Notes under the pieces: model-generated
Seen by the model: only the letters and a program-made list of their open reading frames with translations
Database searches by the model: none
What the model was told of the DNA's origin: nothing
Translations under genes and position numbers: made by a program
DNA from: a virus
Taxonomy: Duplodnaviria > Caudoviricetes
DNA length: 36,352 nucleotides
Virus record (IMG/VR): IMGVR_UViG_3300025018_000315
Coordinates: 1 to 36,352 of that record
Reading direction: 5' to 3' (one strand)
Shown: positions 1-7,608 of the stretch, in pieces
How positions within the stretch are numbered: position 1 is the first letter of the stretch
How the letters are laid out: each line of letters opens with the position of its first letter

Positions 1-127
1 GTACTAAGTTTTATGGCAAAACATCAACATACAGTGAGCCAGAAAGACCAAGACATACTTAACGCAATGTAACATGGTAACATGAAGACATAAAAGGATA
101 GATGTTACAAGACATAATAGAGTTATA
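1..127 (+). repeat. Exact 127-bp repeat of 34218..34344 (circularisation overlap)
   Basis: Direct comparison: gtactaagttttatggc...gacataatagagttata occurs at both positions. Confidence 0.95.
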
Positions 128-242
128 CACAGACTACACTTTAAGGAGGGAAAGAAGTGTAGTATAATGAACATATCCGAAAGGATGAACACCTGAATGG
201 AATACTAAGATACAAAGATAAACTGTTTAGATTATCTGGTAT
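120..242 (+). repeat. Exact 123-bp repeat of 36230..36352 (right flank of the IS insertion)
   Basis: gagttatacacagactac...attatctggtat occurs at both positions. Confidence 0.95.
123..168 (+). promoter_or_regulatory. DnaA-box-like site plus promoter with an overlapping inverted repeat
   Basis: TTATACACA (123-131) fits the TTATNCACA consensus. Inverted repeat actacactt (133-141)/aagtgtagt (155-163). -10 TATAAT at 163-168. Confidence 0.6.
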
Positions 243-486
243 TCTTAGCGAAAGCTCGAAATATCAGGTGTTCTAAGCAGTTTTTTTATCCAGTCTTCCA
301 ACAACCTACTAAAGGTTCTCTATGGACTTTAAATGATAGAGATAGATAGTACTGGGCTGTATCGGCTCTAAATAGATACCTTAAACTAATGACTATACCC
401 TTTGACCTATACAAGATTATAGGTGGGCTACACTGGAATAGGCACTCCGCTAAACTAGTACATTAGGTAAGTTGTAGGGGAGTTGG
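176..486 (+). ncRNA. Putative structured non-coding RNA or leader (candidate origin/control region)
   Basis: No credible ORF. Two GAAA-tetraloop hairpins, a 10-bp stem (187-196/264-273), a 12-bp pairing (220-231/272-283) followed by a T run, and further hairpins to ~486. Confidence 0.5.
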
Positions 487-529
487 TATAAAGGGCATAC
501 TATAGGGCATACAATAATACATGTAACTT

Positions 530-763
530 ATGACGAAGACACAGACAGTAGTACGTGGTAGAGGTTATTACCCTAAGAGGGTATTTAGAATATCCGATGA
601 GGTACTAGAGGAGTTTAGAAAACAGAAGAAAGCAAGTGGACTAACCTGGAACTTATTTATTGCTGAATTACTAGACTATGAAACACAAAGAACAATTATT
701 ACAAGGACTAAAGGAAGCATTAAAAAGAAACCCCAACAATCAACAGATAAAAAATCTAATTAG
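530..763 (+). CDS. Small DNA-binding protein, ribbon-helix-helix/CopG-like
   Basis: Pattern RVFRISDEVLEEFRKQKKASGLTWNLFIAELL (beta strand + two helices). Preceded by direct repeats agggcatac. Confidence 0.55.
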   Translation: MTKTQTVVRGRGYYPKRVFRISDEVLEEFRKQKKASGLTWNLFIAELLDYETQRTIITRTKGSIKKKPQQSTDKKSN

Positions 764-899
764 AAATATGAAAGAATGCAAACATTGCTCAGGAGAAGAA
801 CAACACGAATGTGAATGTGGTACACCTATAACTCAAGAAGAATGCACCCAGTATGAGGGCTACTGCTCAGATACCTGTATTCAGAAATTTTGTAAATAA
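678..899 (+). CDS. Hypothetical Cys-rich (zinc-binding) protein
   Basis: CKHC, CEC, CTQYEGYC and CSDTC clusters. Confidence 0.55.
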   Translation: MKHKEQLLQGLKEALKRNPNNQQIKNLIRNMKECKHCSGEEQHECECGTPITQEECTQYEGYCSDTCIQKFCK

Positions 900-900
900 T

Positions 901-1053
901 ATGAACCTATCAAAATACGAACAAACACTATACGACTTGATTATAGAACAAGGAACAATGGAGGAAATGTTTAATCTTGGATATAGAAAGGGTACAGTAG
1001 ACGGATTTAAAAACGCCATTGAAGAACTCGAAAAGTTAAATAAAAAAATATGA
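901..1053 (+). CDS. Hypothetical protein (start probably ATG 901, MNLSKYEQ)
   Basis: Part of track ORF 853..1053. Starts 1 nt after the previous stop and has an ATGA overlap with the next gene. Confidence 0.6.
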   Translation: MNLSKYEQTLYDLIIEQGTMEEMFNLGYRKGTVDGFKNAIEELEKLNKKI

Positions 1054-1274
1054 AAAATCTACAATACTACCGACTTAAGCTAGAATGGAACATAAAACTA
1101 TTTAAAGCAAACACAACACTTGTAGAACGCATAAATCTAGCCCTATTATCAATTCTAAGCCTTTTAATTCTCTCACAGGTAATCACACTAAACTCACTAC
1201 ATAAAGTGAATGTAACAGACCTAAATACAGCTACTGGTTGGATAGTGAATGCCACCACTCAATGCGAGAAATAA
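1050..1274 (+). CDS. Hypothetical protein with one predicted TM segment
   Basis: Hydrophobic stretch INLALLSILSLLILSQVI; operon-like overlap. Confidence 0.6.
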   Translation: MKNLQYYRLKLEWNIKLFKANTTLVERINLALLSILSLLILSQVITLNSLHKVNVTDLNTATGWIVNATTQCEK

Positions 1275-1275
1275 T

Positions 1276-1545
1276 ATGAAAATAACAGAAGCCCACATAC
1301 AACATATTATTGCAATCAATCCACAAGCAATAGGAAACAACACAACCTTTCTTACAACTTTTTATGAAGCAACATGTGATAGTAGAAATATCCCTGCAAC
1401 TTGGGAAAACATCAAGGTGATCATGAAAGAATACAAGCCAGAAGCCCTTACCAGAAAACGCAGACAATTTGTAGAAAGCACAAAAGAACAAAGACAGGAG
1501 GAGGAGAATTATATACAAGAGTATTCCTCTATACCTAACTGCTAA
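1276..1545 (+). CDS. Hypothetical protein (start probably ATG 1276, MKITEAH)
   Basis: Track ORF 1249..1545; ATG directly after the upstream TAA. Confidence 0.65.
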   Translation: MKITEAHIQHIIAINPQAIGNNTTFLTTFYEATCDSRNIPATWENIKVIMKEYKPEALTRKRRQFVESTKEQRQEEENYIQEYSSIPNC

Positions 1546-1546
1546 G

Positions 1547-1714
1547 TTATACACAGAAAAAATACAGATACGCACAAATGATGTATACTATATACAGATA
1601 CCAACAATACCTTGCAAAGTCAGAACGAAAGATTATGATTATAGATAAGACGAGAATAGGCTACGAACCCTGCAAGGTATTGAACGCCGACTTTCTCGTC
1701 TTTTTTATAATCAT
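1547..1714 (+). promoter_or_regulatory. DnaA box, promoter and attenuator-like leader with alternative pairings
   Basis: TTATACACA at 1547-1555 and -10-like TATACT at 1584-1589. 12-bp IR 1605-1616/1671-1682 is interleaved with a ~22-bp stem 1635-1656/1693-1714 that contains T6. Confidence 0.6.
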
Positions 1715-1717
1715 TAT

Positions 1718-2035
1718 ATGAAACGAACTAAAAAACAAAATAGGGCTTTACACAAATACTTTAGTTTGGTTGCAGGAACACTCAATGATGCTGGGCTAGA
1801 TATGAGGGCTGTACTAAAGCCAGAGGTAGATATACCTTGGACAGGCAAGACTATCAAAGAGTATTTGTGGCGACCTATTCAGGAAGTTCAGACAACTAAA
1901 AAAAGCACCACAGAATTAACAACAAAAGAGATAAGCGAAGTTTGGGAAACATTAAATCGTCATCTAGGACAAAAACTAGGCGTGCATGAACCCTTCCCAT
2001 CAATAGATGAAATTATGGAGTATGAAGAACATTGA
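1718..2035 (+). CDS. NinB-like phage recombination-associated protein
   Basis: N-terminal RTxxQNRALH motif and C-terminal STTELTTKE motif, typical of NinB-like proteins; next to HNH and RusA. Confidence 0.5.
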   Translation: MKRTKKQNRALHKYFSLVAGTLNDAGLDMRAVLKPEVDIPWTGKTIKEYLWRPIQEVQTTKKSTTELTTKEISEVWETLNRHLGQKLGVHEPFPSIDEIMEYEEH

Positions 2036-2168
2036 TTGCTACCACACACCAACATCAACAATAGACGGAAACATTAAAGAGGTAAGATGTACTAAATGCA
2101 ATGAACTCCTACTCACATTTGTCCTAGATATTAAAGACTGGATACCAATCAACTATGAAAAGAAATAG
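2022..2168 (+). CDS. 48-aa zinc-ribbon-like microprotein (not in ORF track)
   Basis: MKNIDCYHT...VRCTKCNELL...YEKK*; fills the gap and overlaps both neighbours. Confidence 0.55.
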   Translation: MKNIDCYHTPTSTIDGNIKEVRCTKCNELLLTFVLDIKDWIPINYEKK

Positions 2169-2466
2169 CACGAACCTAAAAAAATACAAAAAAACAATGG
2201 AACAAGTATTTGATAGATGTCTAGGAGTTTGTGAAGTGATAGACAACGGAAAAAGATGCACCAGAAGATTTAATCTTGATGAGATTACCTATACAAACCT
2301 ACTGCACAAGGAAACAAGAAATGGCAAGAGTGATGAGTGGGTACTTGATCCAGAAAACATTGTACTCGGTTGTGCCACCCACCACTATAACGAAGAATGG
2401 AGTGGGGAGAGAGTACAGTATGTTACTTATGATGAAGACATAAACTATATACCCTATGAAGATTAA
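2155..2466 (+). CDS. HNH-like endonuclease domain protein
   Basis: VCEV...C...LLH...W.LDPENIVLGCATHH resembles the HNH/NinG-type NL..LC..CH motif. Confidence 0.55.
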   Translation: MKRNSTNLKKYKKTMEQVFDRCLGVCEVIDNGKRCTRRFNLDEITYTNLLHKETRNGKSDEWVLDPENIVLGCATHHYNEEWSGERVQYVTYDEDINYIPYED

Positions 2467-2782
2467 AATTAAACCATTGTCGGCTAATCAAGCATTTAAA
2501 GGGCGTAGATTTAAAACACCGCTCTATAAAGCGTATGAGGAAGAACTGATGTGGTTACTCCCTAAAATGGAAATACCACAAGGCAGACTATCAGTATTCT
2601 ATGAGTTCGGACTGAGTAGCAAGAATGCTGATGGAGATAATTGTATTAAACAATTTCAAGATATTTTAGCGAAGAAATACGGATTTAATGATAAAGATAT
2701 TTTTGAGTGGATTGTAGTAAAAGAAATAGTAAAAAAAGGACAGGAATATATATCATTTAACATTTTCAAGTATGAAAAATAG
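2456..2782 (+). CDS. rusA: RusA-like Holliday junction resolvase
   Basis: KPLSAN at the N-terminus and acidic catalytic pattern DGDNCIKQFQDIL...GFNDKDI. Confidence 0.75.
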   Translation: MKIKIKPLSANQAFKGRRFKTPLYKAYEEELMWLLPKMEIPQGRLSVFYEFGLSSKNADGDNCIKQFQDILAKKYGFNDKDIFEWIVVKEIVKKGQEYISFNIFKYEK

Positions 2783-2960
2783 AATCATCAAACTACTCGG
2801 AGGGTACACAGGAGAAGAACACAACGAACTAGAACGAATATACAGCACAGAAGAAGTCAAACTGTATATCAAAATTCAAAGACTAGAAAAAGAACTCAAA
2901 GCACGGGAGCAAGTGATAGAGGAATTAACAAAACCTAAGAAACGAGGTAAAACTAAATAA
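2772..2960 (+). CDS. Hypothetical protein
   Basis: Track ORF in a tight operon. Confidence 0.6.
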   Translation: MKNRIIKLLGGYTGEEHNELERIYSTEEVKLYIKIQRLEKELKAREQVIEELTKPKKRGKTK

Positions 2961-2961
2961 T

Positions 2962-3153
2962 ATGATTAAAGACTTTATAATTTTTGAATCAATGATGAAC
3001 CTAGGTTTTATTTTTTCAATGGCGCTAACATTTGTATTTGATAAAAAATGGAAAATAAAAGAATTTTGGAAAGCATACGTAGTCTTTCAATCTCTTCTTC
3101 TCTACATGTTTTTTATGTATTATCTTACAATGCTACTAATTAAACATTTATAA
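2962..3153 (+). CDS. Small membrane protein (two TM segments)
   Basis: Two hydrophobic stretches; 1-nt spacing from the upstream gene. Confidence 0.55.
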   Translation: MIKDFIIFESMMNLGFIFSMALTFVFDKKWKIKEFWKAYVVFQSLLLYMFFMYYLTMLLIKHL

Positions 3154-3160
3154 AAATAAT

Positions 3161-3490
3161 ATGATATGCCAAGAATGTAACAACTCGATAGATAGTAATA
3201 ACATGTGTTGGAATGGAGCATGTAGCTTAGTACACAGAGAACAATTAAAAGCTGGAAATGTTGGAGGTGTAGTATATTGTTATTCAGGAATAGGAGGAGC
3301 TGGTGGAGTAGTACACACAAGCGAAGAGATAAAAAAACTTTATAAACTACAAAAAGAATATCTTAACGATCCAAAAATTGAAATTTCAAAAGTATGGTTT
3401 ATTATAGAGATTGTTAAATTACAAAATAATAGTAGTGAAAGAGCAGACACTTGTGACGAAATTATAGAAGAGCTTAAAAAACATTTATAA
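3161..3490 (+). CDS. Hypothetical protein with N-terminal CxxC...CxxxxC and Gly-rich linker
   Basis: CQEC and CWNGAC motifs; GGVV repeats. Confidence 0.55.
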   Translation: MICQECNNSIDSNNMCWNGACSLVHREQLKAGNVGGVVYCYSGIGGAGGVVHTSEEIKKLYKLQKEYLNDPKIEISKVWFIIEIVKLQNNSSERADTCDEIIEELKKHL

Positions 3491-3496
3491 AAATAT

Positions 3497-3994
3497 ATGA
3501 ATAAAGAAGACCTATACAACGAAACACAAAGGCTCCTAGATGCAGGAGAAGATGTGATGATGATGAGAAAAGATGGAGAGTATTGTTTATTTTCTCCAAA
3601 AAAAGATACAGATGGAAATTATAAAGTAAGTGGGTGGGAAAACAAAAAAGAAGAAGCACAAAACCACCTTTATGATGGTTATCCAAAAAAAGATTTTATA
3701 CAAAATGCAGAAGACGAAAACTGGAGCATAATATCTAGTACACCTCCTACCCCTCCTATTATCCCTAAGGGGACAAAGGTGAAGGTGATAGAAGATGGAT
3801 ATGCGAAAGAAGTTATTGATTATGTAGATGGGAGTTACAAACTAGGAAATGAAAACGTAGCTGGTTATTACGCTCGCAACGAATTTACCCTGTACCTAGG
3901 AGAACAAGACAAACAGGAACTGCCTGAAATAGAAACCATAAAACAAGCCTTCGATGTGTTTAGTGGTGAGATGAATAAATTATTTAATAAATAA
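3497..3994 (+). CDS. Hypothetical protein
   Basis: 165-aa ORF with an AT-rich start context. Confidence 0.7.
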   Translation: MNKEDLYNETQRLLDAGEDVMMMRKDGEYCLFSPKKDTDGNYKVSGWENKKEEAQNHLYDGYPKKDFIQNAEDENWSIISSTPPTPPIIPKGTKVKVIEDGYAKEVIDYVDGSYKLGNENVAGYYARNEFTLYLGEQDKQELPEIETIKQAFDVFSGEMNKLFNK

Positions 3995-4001
3995 AAATAA
4001 T

Positions 4002-4634
4002 ATGCAAATAACAATAGACACAAATACAGGTATCATCACTATCAATGGTGAAACATTAGAAATTAAAGGACAGGGTAAACCAATAGAACATACAGTAACC
4101 CTTTTACATACACCAGAAGAAACGAAAGCAGAAAAGACAAAGAGGTTATGGATGGTGTGGGCAGATAGGTTTGGGATAAAAAGAGAATATATAGAAGAGC
4201 ATGTTGAATTTCAAGAAAATGGAGATGTTATTTGGGATGGAAATTGTAATTGGGATAATAAAGGATTTACAGAATTTCCACCAAATTTTGTGGAGGTTAC
4301 AGGAACTTTTTCTTGTGAAAATAACCAGCTCACTAGTTTAGAAGGATGCTCACAAACAGTTGGAGGAGGTTTTTATTGTGGCTATAACCAGCTCACCAGT
4401 TTAGAAGGAGCACCACAGACTGTTGAGGGAGCTTTTTGGTGTGATAATAACCAGCTCACTAATTTAGAAGGATGCCCACAAACAGTTGGAGGAAATTTTT
4501 ATTGTAACAATAATCCATTATTAACTACTTTTCCTGCTGGAATACACATAGGAGGACTAGTATATATATCAGAAGACCAACAACAACTCAAAGCAGATGC
4601 AAAATTAAAGTGGTATGCAGTTAGTATATGGTAA
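4002..4634 (+). CDS. Leucine-rich-repeat-like protein
   Basis: Three 21-aa repeats CxxNQLTSLEGxPQTVxGxFx plus degenerate flanking copies. Confidence 0.8.
   Translation: MQITIDTNTGIITINGETLEIKGQGKPIEHTVTLLHTPEETKAEKTKRLWMVWADRFGIKREYIEEHVEFQENGDVIWDGNCNWDNKGFTEFPPNFVEVTGTFSCENNQLTSLEGCSQTVGGGFYCGYNQLTSLEGAPQTVEGAFWCDNNQLTNLEGCPQTVGGNFYCNNNPLLTTFPAGIHIGGLVYISEDQQQLKADAKLKWYAVSIW
4314..4510 (+). repeat. 63-nt tandem coding repeats (x3)
   Basis: ataaccagctcac recurs at 4321, 4384 and 4447. Confidence 0.85.
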
Positions 4635-4640
4635 AATAAT

Positions 4641-4775
4641 ATGGAGAAAAAAGATATAGCTTGTGTTTCTTCAAACCCTAAAGATAATGAGTGCAATGCT
4701 ATTTGCAATAATAATGGCTGTAACTGTAAGCACAAAGGTGGTTGTTGCCACTCGGTAATCATAAAAATTAAATAG
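4641..4775 (+). CDS. 44-aa Cys-rich metallothionein-like microprotein (not in ORF track)
   Basis: MEKKDIACVSSNPKDNECNAICNNNGCNCKHKGGCCHSVIIKIK*; 7 Cys and 2 His. Confidence 0.5.
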   Translation: MEKKDIACVSSNPKDNECNAICNNNGCNCKHKGGCCHSVIIKIK

Positions 4776-4842
4776 CCCACTACCCCATTCTGCTAGTTCT
4801 CGATGTGGTGACTGGGGGATTTAACCCCTGTAATATATTTAT

Positions 4843-5130
4843 ATGGAAACACATGAAAAAGAAAAAATGGACTTCGGTACAGTTCTAGCCGAACTTAAAA
4901 AAGGTGCAAAGGTAGCACGTGAGGGTTGGAACGGAAAAGATATGTTCGTGTTTTTAGTAGCAGGGAGTGAGTTTGAGGTAAACCGTGCACCACTTGATCA
5001 ATTCTATCCAGTAGGCACCAAAGTAATCTATAGACCACACATGGATATCAAAGCCGTAGATAATAGTATCGGCGTATGGGTACCATCTCAAACCGACCTG
5101 CTTGCAGAAGACTGGATAGTTGTTATATAA
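4843..5130 (+). CDS. DUF2829 / Tad2-like anti-defence (signal sponge) protein
   Basis: MDFGTVLAELKKGAKVAREGWNGKDMFVFL...WVPSQTDLLAEDW matches the DUF2829 signature. Confidence 0.85.
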   Translation: METHEKEKMDFGTVLAELKKGAKVAREGWNGKDMFVFLVAGSEFEVNRAPLDQFYPVGTKVIYRPHMDIKAVDNSIGVWVPSQTDLLAEDWIVVI

Positions 5131-5183
5131 CCCACTCAGCCCCTACTGGGGGTTGGACTGGGCTATCTACAAGGAGGTGACCC

Positions 5184-5336
5184 ATGCTACTGTTCAACTG
5201 CCAAAAATGTAAGGCAGATAGGCTATTCTCACCAACAGGCAAACAATACACACTTGGTATCCACACATTCAGCTATTACAGCTGTACGAAATGTGGATCA
5301 ATTATCATTATGAGGAGTAATGATGCACCGAGCTAA
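5184..5336 (+). CDS. 50-aa zinc-ribbon microprotein (not in ORF track)
   Basis: CQKC...CTKC; perfect SD AAGGAGGTGA at 5171-5180. Confidence 0.7.
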   Translation: MLLFNCQKCKADRLFSPTGKQYTLGIHTFSYYSCTKCGSIIIMRSNDAPS

Positions 5337-5344
5337 ACACCTCG

Positions 5345-5376
5345 TAGGGGAAGAGGGTAAACTCCCCTACTTATTT
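5345..5376 (+). terminator. Hairpin, putative terminator or processing site
   Basis: gtagggga-loop-tcccctac followed by ttattt. Confidence 0.5.
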
Positions 5377-5388
5377 AATTGAAATATT

Positions 5389-5664
5389 ATGAAAACAAAC
5401 TTAGATGAATACAAAGTAGGAGAATGTTTATCAGTTGCTAAGGGAAAGCTAACACGAAAGCAATCGCAGAAACTTAAAATCCTAAACGAAATTGAAAGAA
5501 ACATTGCTCATAAAATGTTTAATTTCAAACATGGCACGCAAAGTAAAAAAGACAAGCAAGTAATGTTTGAACTGATAGGCTTTCTAAACCTAATCCACTA
5601 CTCAAACATGCCATTTGAAGAAATTAAACAACACCTTGATAATTCACAGTTACTTTATATGTAA
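5389..5664 (+). CDS. Hypothetical protein
   Basis: 91-aa track ORF. Confidence 0.65.
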   Translation: MKTNLDEYKVGECLSVAKGKLTRKQSQKLKILNEIERNIAHKMFNFKHGTQSKKDKQVMFELIGFLNLIHYSNMPFEEIKQHLDNSQLLYM

Positions 5665-5670
5665 CAAAAC

Positions 5671-5859
5671 AGTAATACACATCGTGAGGTGGTTGAGGAG
5701 AAGGTAACTCATCCTAATTTACACAAGTCGGACGTGGCAAGGGCAGTGTAAGTCCATAACCACATGCAAAGTGACTAGACGAGTTTGTATTTGAGTCAAC
5801 ATCAATACAAGTGTGATAGTATCTCGGAAATCTTTGCCCACCTCACAATGTGTATTACT
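5671..5859 (+). ncRNA. Putative structured ncRNA closed by a 22-bp stem
   Basis: 5671-5692 is the reverse complement of 5838-5859 with one mismatch. Internal hairpins present; region is intergenic. Confidence 0.6.
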
Positions 5860-5873
5860 TAATAATAAATTGT

Positions 5874-6044
5874 ATGAGTTCAATCTCAGAAGGAGCAAAA
5901 GAAAACGTAAAACGGTACATCCAATTAGCTTACGAGGCGTTGTTAGAAAGTCCAGTTGCTGCAAAAACTGATTTGGGAAAATATGCGACAATAGAGGTTG
6001 CAAAAATGATACAAAAAGAGTATTCAGATTTAATAAACAGATAA
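5874..6044 (+). CDS. Hypothetical protein (start probably ATG 5874)
   Basis: Track ORF 5850..6044; the upstream GTG lies inside the RNA stem. Confidence 0.55.
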   Translation: MSSISEGAKENVKRYIQLAYEALLESPVAAKTDLGKYATIEVAKMIQKEYSDLINR

Positions 6045-6049
6045 TCTTT

Positions 6050-6325
6050 ATGGAAGAAGAAATAAAAACAGAAATAAGGAATGACATTTTTGACGCTTTC
6101 TGTGCGGGCGTAGATTATGGGCAACTGTTGTGCGAAGAAGAGCGAGATGGTGAAGACTTATATGACGCTTTTCAAGGACACTTAGTGTCACAAAAATTCA
6201 ATATGCCGTCCCAAATCGCCCAACGTAGACAACCGAGAAGTGATAAGTGGAGAGAAGCAAAAAGAAAATCAAAAGAACATTTTATTGAATTATGTGTCAA
6301 ATATTCACCTCATAAAGCCCTATGA
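6050..6325 (+). CDS. Hypothetical protein
   Basis: Track ORF; ATGA overlap with the next gene. Confidence 0.65.
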   Translation: MEEEIKTEIRNDIFDAFCAGVDYGQLLCEEERDGEDLYDAFQGHLVSQKFNMPSQIAQRRQPRSDKWREAKRKSKEHFIELCVKYSPHKAL

Positions 6326-6645
6326 CATCACACCTAGAAAAGACAAAAGAAGCTGTAAGAGTAGCACTCGGAGAAGTATCAGCACTCTTTATGTCACAAG
6401 AAGTAAAATGTACGGAAATTGTAATGCCAACAGAAGACTTATTGCGGATAGCTGATAGTATCAATACTAGTTTTATCCAATCTCACATCGCATATTTATA
6501 TGGAGAGATAGAGAGATTAGAAGAAATAAAAAGAGATTTGGGTGATTTACCTTTATTTGACAAAAATAATTACAAAAGCGGGCAGGCGAGTGCAATTCAA
6601 GATCAAATCAATCACCTGCAATTACAGCTTGAAGAAGCTAAATAA
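6322..6645 (+). CDS. Hypothetical protein (coiled-coil C-terminus)
   Basis: Track ORF. Confidence 0.65.
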   Translation: MTSHLEKTKEAVRVALGEVSALFMSQEVKCTEIVMPTEDLLRIADSINTSFIQSHIAYLYGEIERLEEIKRDLGDLPLFDKNNYKSGQASAIQDQINHLQLQLEEAK

Positions 6646-6663
6646 TTTTATAACCTAAACAAT

Positions 6664-7464
6664 ATGAACACAGAATCAAACTTCACACCAAAAGAAATTG
6701 TAGTACTATCACTCATACCATTGGCTTTAATCCTTGCTTTTATGTCATTTACTATTGTCTACGCTGGACATAGAGGAGTAGTAAAACAATTCGGCAAGGT
6801 GCAAGAACAGGTCTTGGATGAGGGGTTACATCTCAAAAGTCCAATTAAAAAGGTAGTTAAATACGATGTAAGAACACAGAAGATTGAAACAAATGCAGAC
6901 GCTGCTTCACGAGATTTACAGACTGTTAGTACCGACATAGCCCTAAACTTTAGGGTAAACCCAGTTACAGTACGAGATTTGTACCAACAAACAAAAGGGA
7001 ATTACGCAGAAACACTTATTGCCCCAGCTATTCAAGAAAGTGTAAAAGCTGCTACGGCTCAATTTACCGCTGATGAACTTATTACCAAACGCTCAGAGGT
7101 AAAGGAAGCAATGAGACACGCGTTAAAAGAAAGAGAAGCGATGAAGTTTTTTATTATAGAGGATGTGTCAATTGTAAACTTTGCCTTTTCAGAATCATTT
7201 AATACCGCTATAGAAAGTAAAGTACGTGCGGAACAGGACGCTCTTGCAAGTAAAAATAAACTTGAACAAACTAAATATGAAGCAGAACAGAAAGTAGTAA
7301 GTGCCACAGCAGAAGCAGAATCAATTCGTATTCAAGCGCAAGCGGTTACAAGTCAAGGAGGTAAGGACTATGTACAATTACAAGCTATAGCCCGCTGGAA
7401 TGGACAGTTACCAACTCAATTTGTTCCAGGTTCAGCTATGCCATTTATAAATCTCAATCAGTAA
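6664..7464 (+). CDS. SPFH/prohibitin (band 7) family membrane protein
   Basis: N-terminal TM; GHRGVVKQFGKV..LDEGLH, ASRDLQTV, FNTAIESKV, AEAESIRIQA and QAIARWNGQLP motifs. Confidence 0.92.
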   Translation: MNTESNFTPKEIVVLSLIPLALILAFMSFTIVYAGHRGVVKQFGKVQEQVLDEGLHLKSPIKKVVKYDVRTQKIETNADAASRDLQTVSTDIALNFRVNPVTVRDLYQQTKGNYAETLIAPAIQESVKAATAQFTADELITKRSEVKEAMRHALKEREAMKFFIIEDVSIVNFAFSESFNTAIESKVRAEQDALASKNKLEQTKYEAEQKVVSATAEAESIRIQAQAVTSQGGKDYVQLQAIARWNGQLPTQFVPGSAMPFINLNQ

Positions 7465-7466
7465 TA

Positions 7467-7510
7467 CCTCTACTCACCCCATAACTTCGCTTGTGGGGTG
7501 GAATAGGGGA
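7467..7510 (+). terminator. Long hairpin after the SPFH gene
   Basis: ctctactcacccca...tggggtggaatagggg. Confidence 0.45.
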
Positions 7511-7608
7511 AAGTTATACCTAAACAACATTGCAAACATAGTAGCGGCTCCACGCTCATTGTATTGGACGCAGAATGACACTGCATGGTATATCGTTCCC
7601 TACAATTG

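Noticed and set aside
1-242. Terminal repeats as physical direct terminal repeats of the virion DNA
   Set aside because: They cut through a CDS, the 127-nt length matches an assembler k-mer, and circularity plus the IS polymorphism explains them fully.
187-275. Hammerhead ribozyme (ctgaatg...cgaaa)
   Set aside because: The core CUGANGA is not matched and the stems do not fit hammerhead geometry. Kept only as a generic structured RNA.
4314-4510. CRISPR array or DGR template/variable repeats
   Set aside because: The repeats are in-frame coding units without unique spacers. No cas gene or reverse transcriptase is present in the window.
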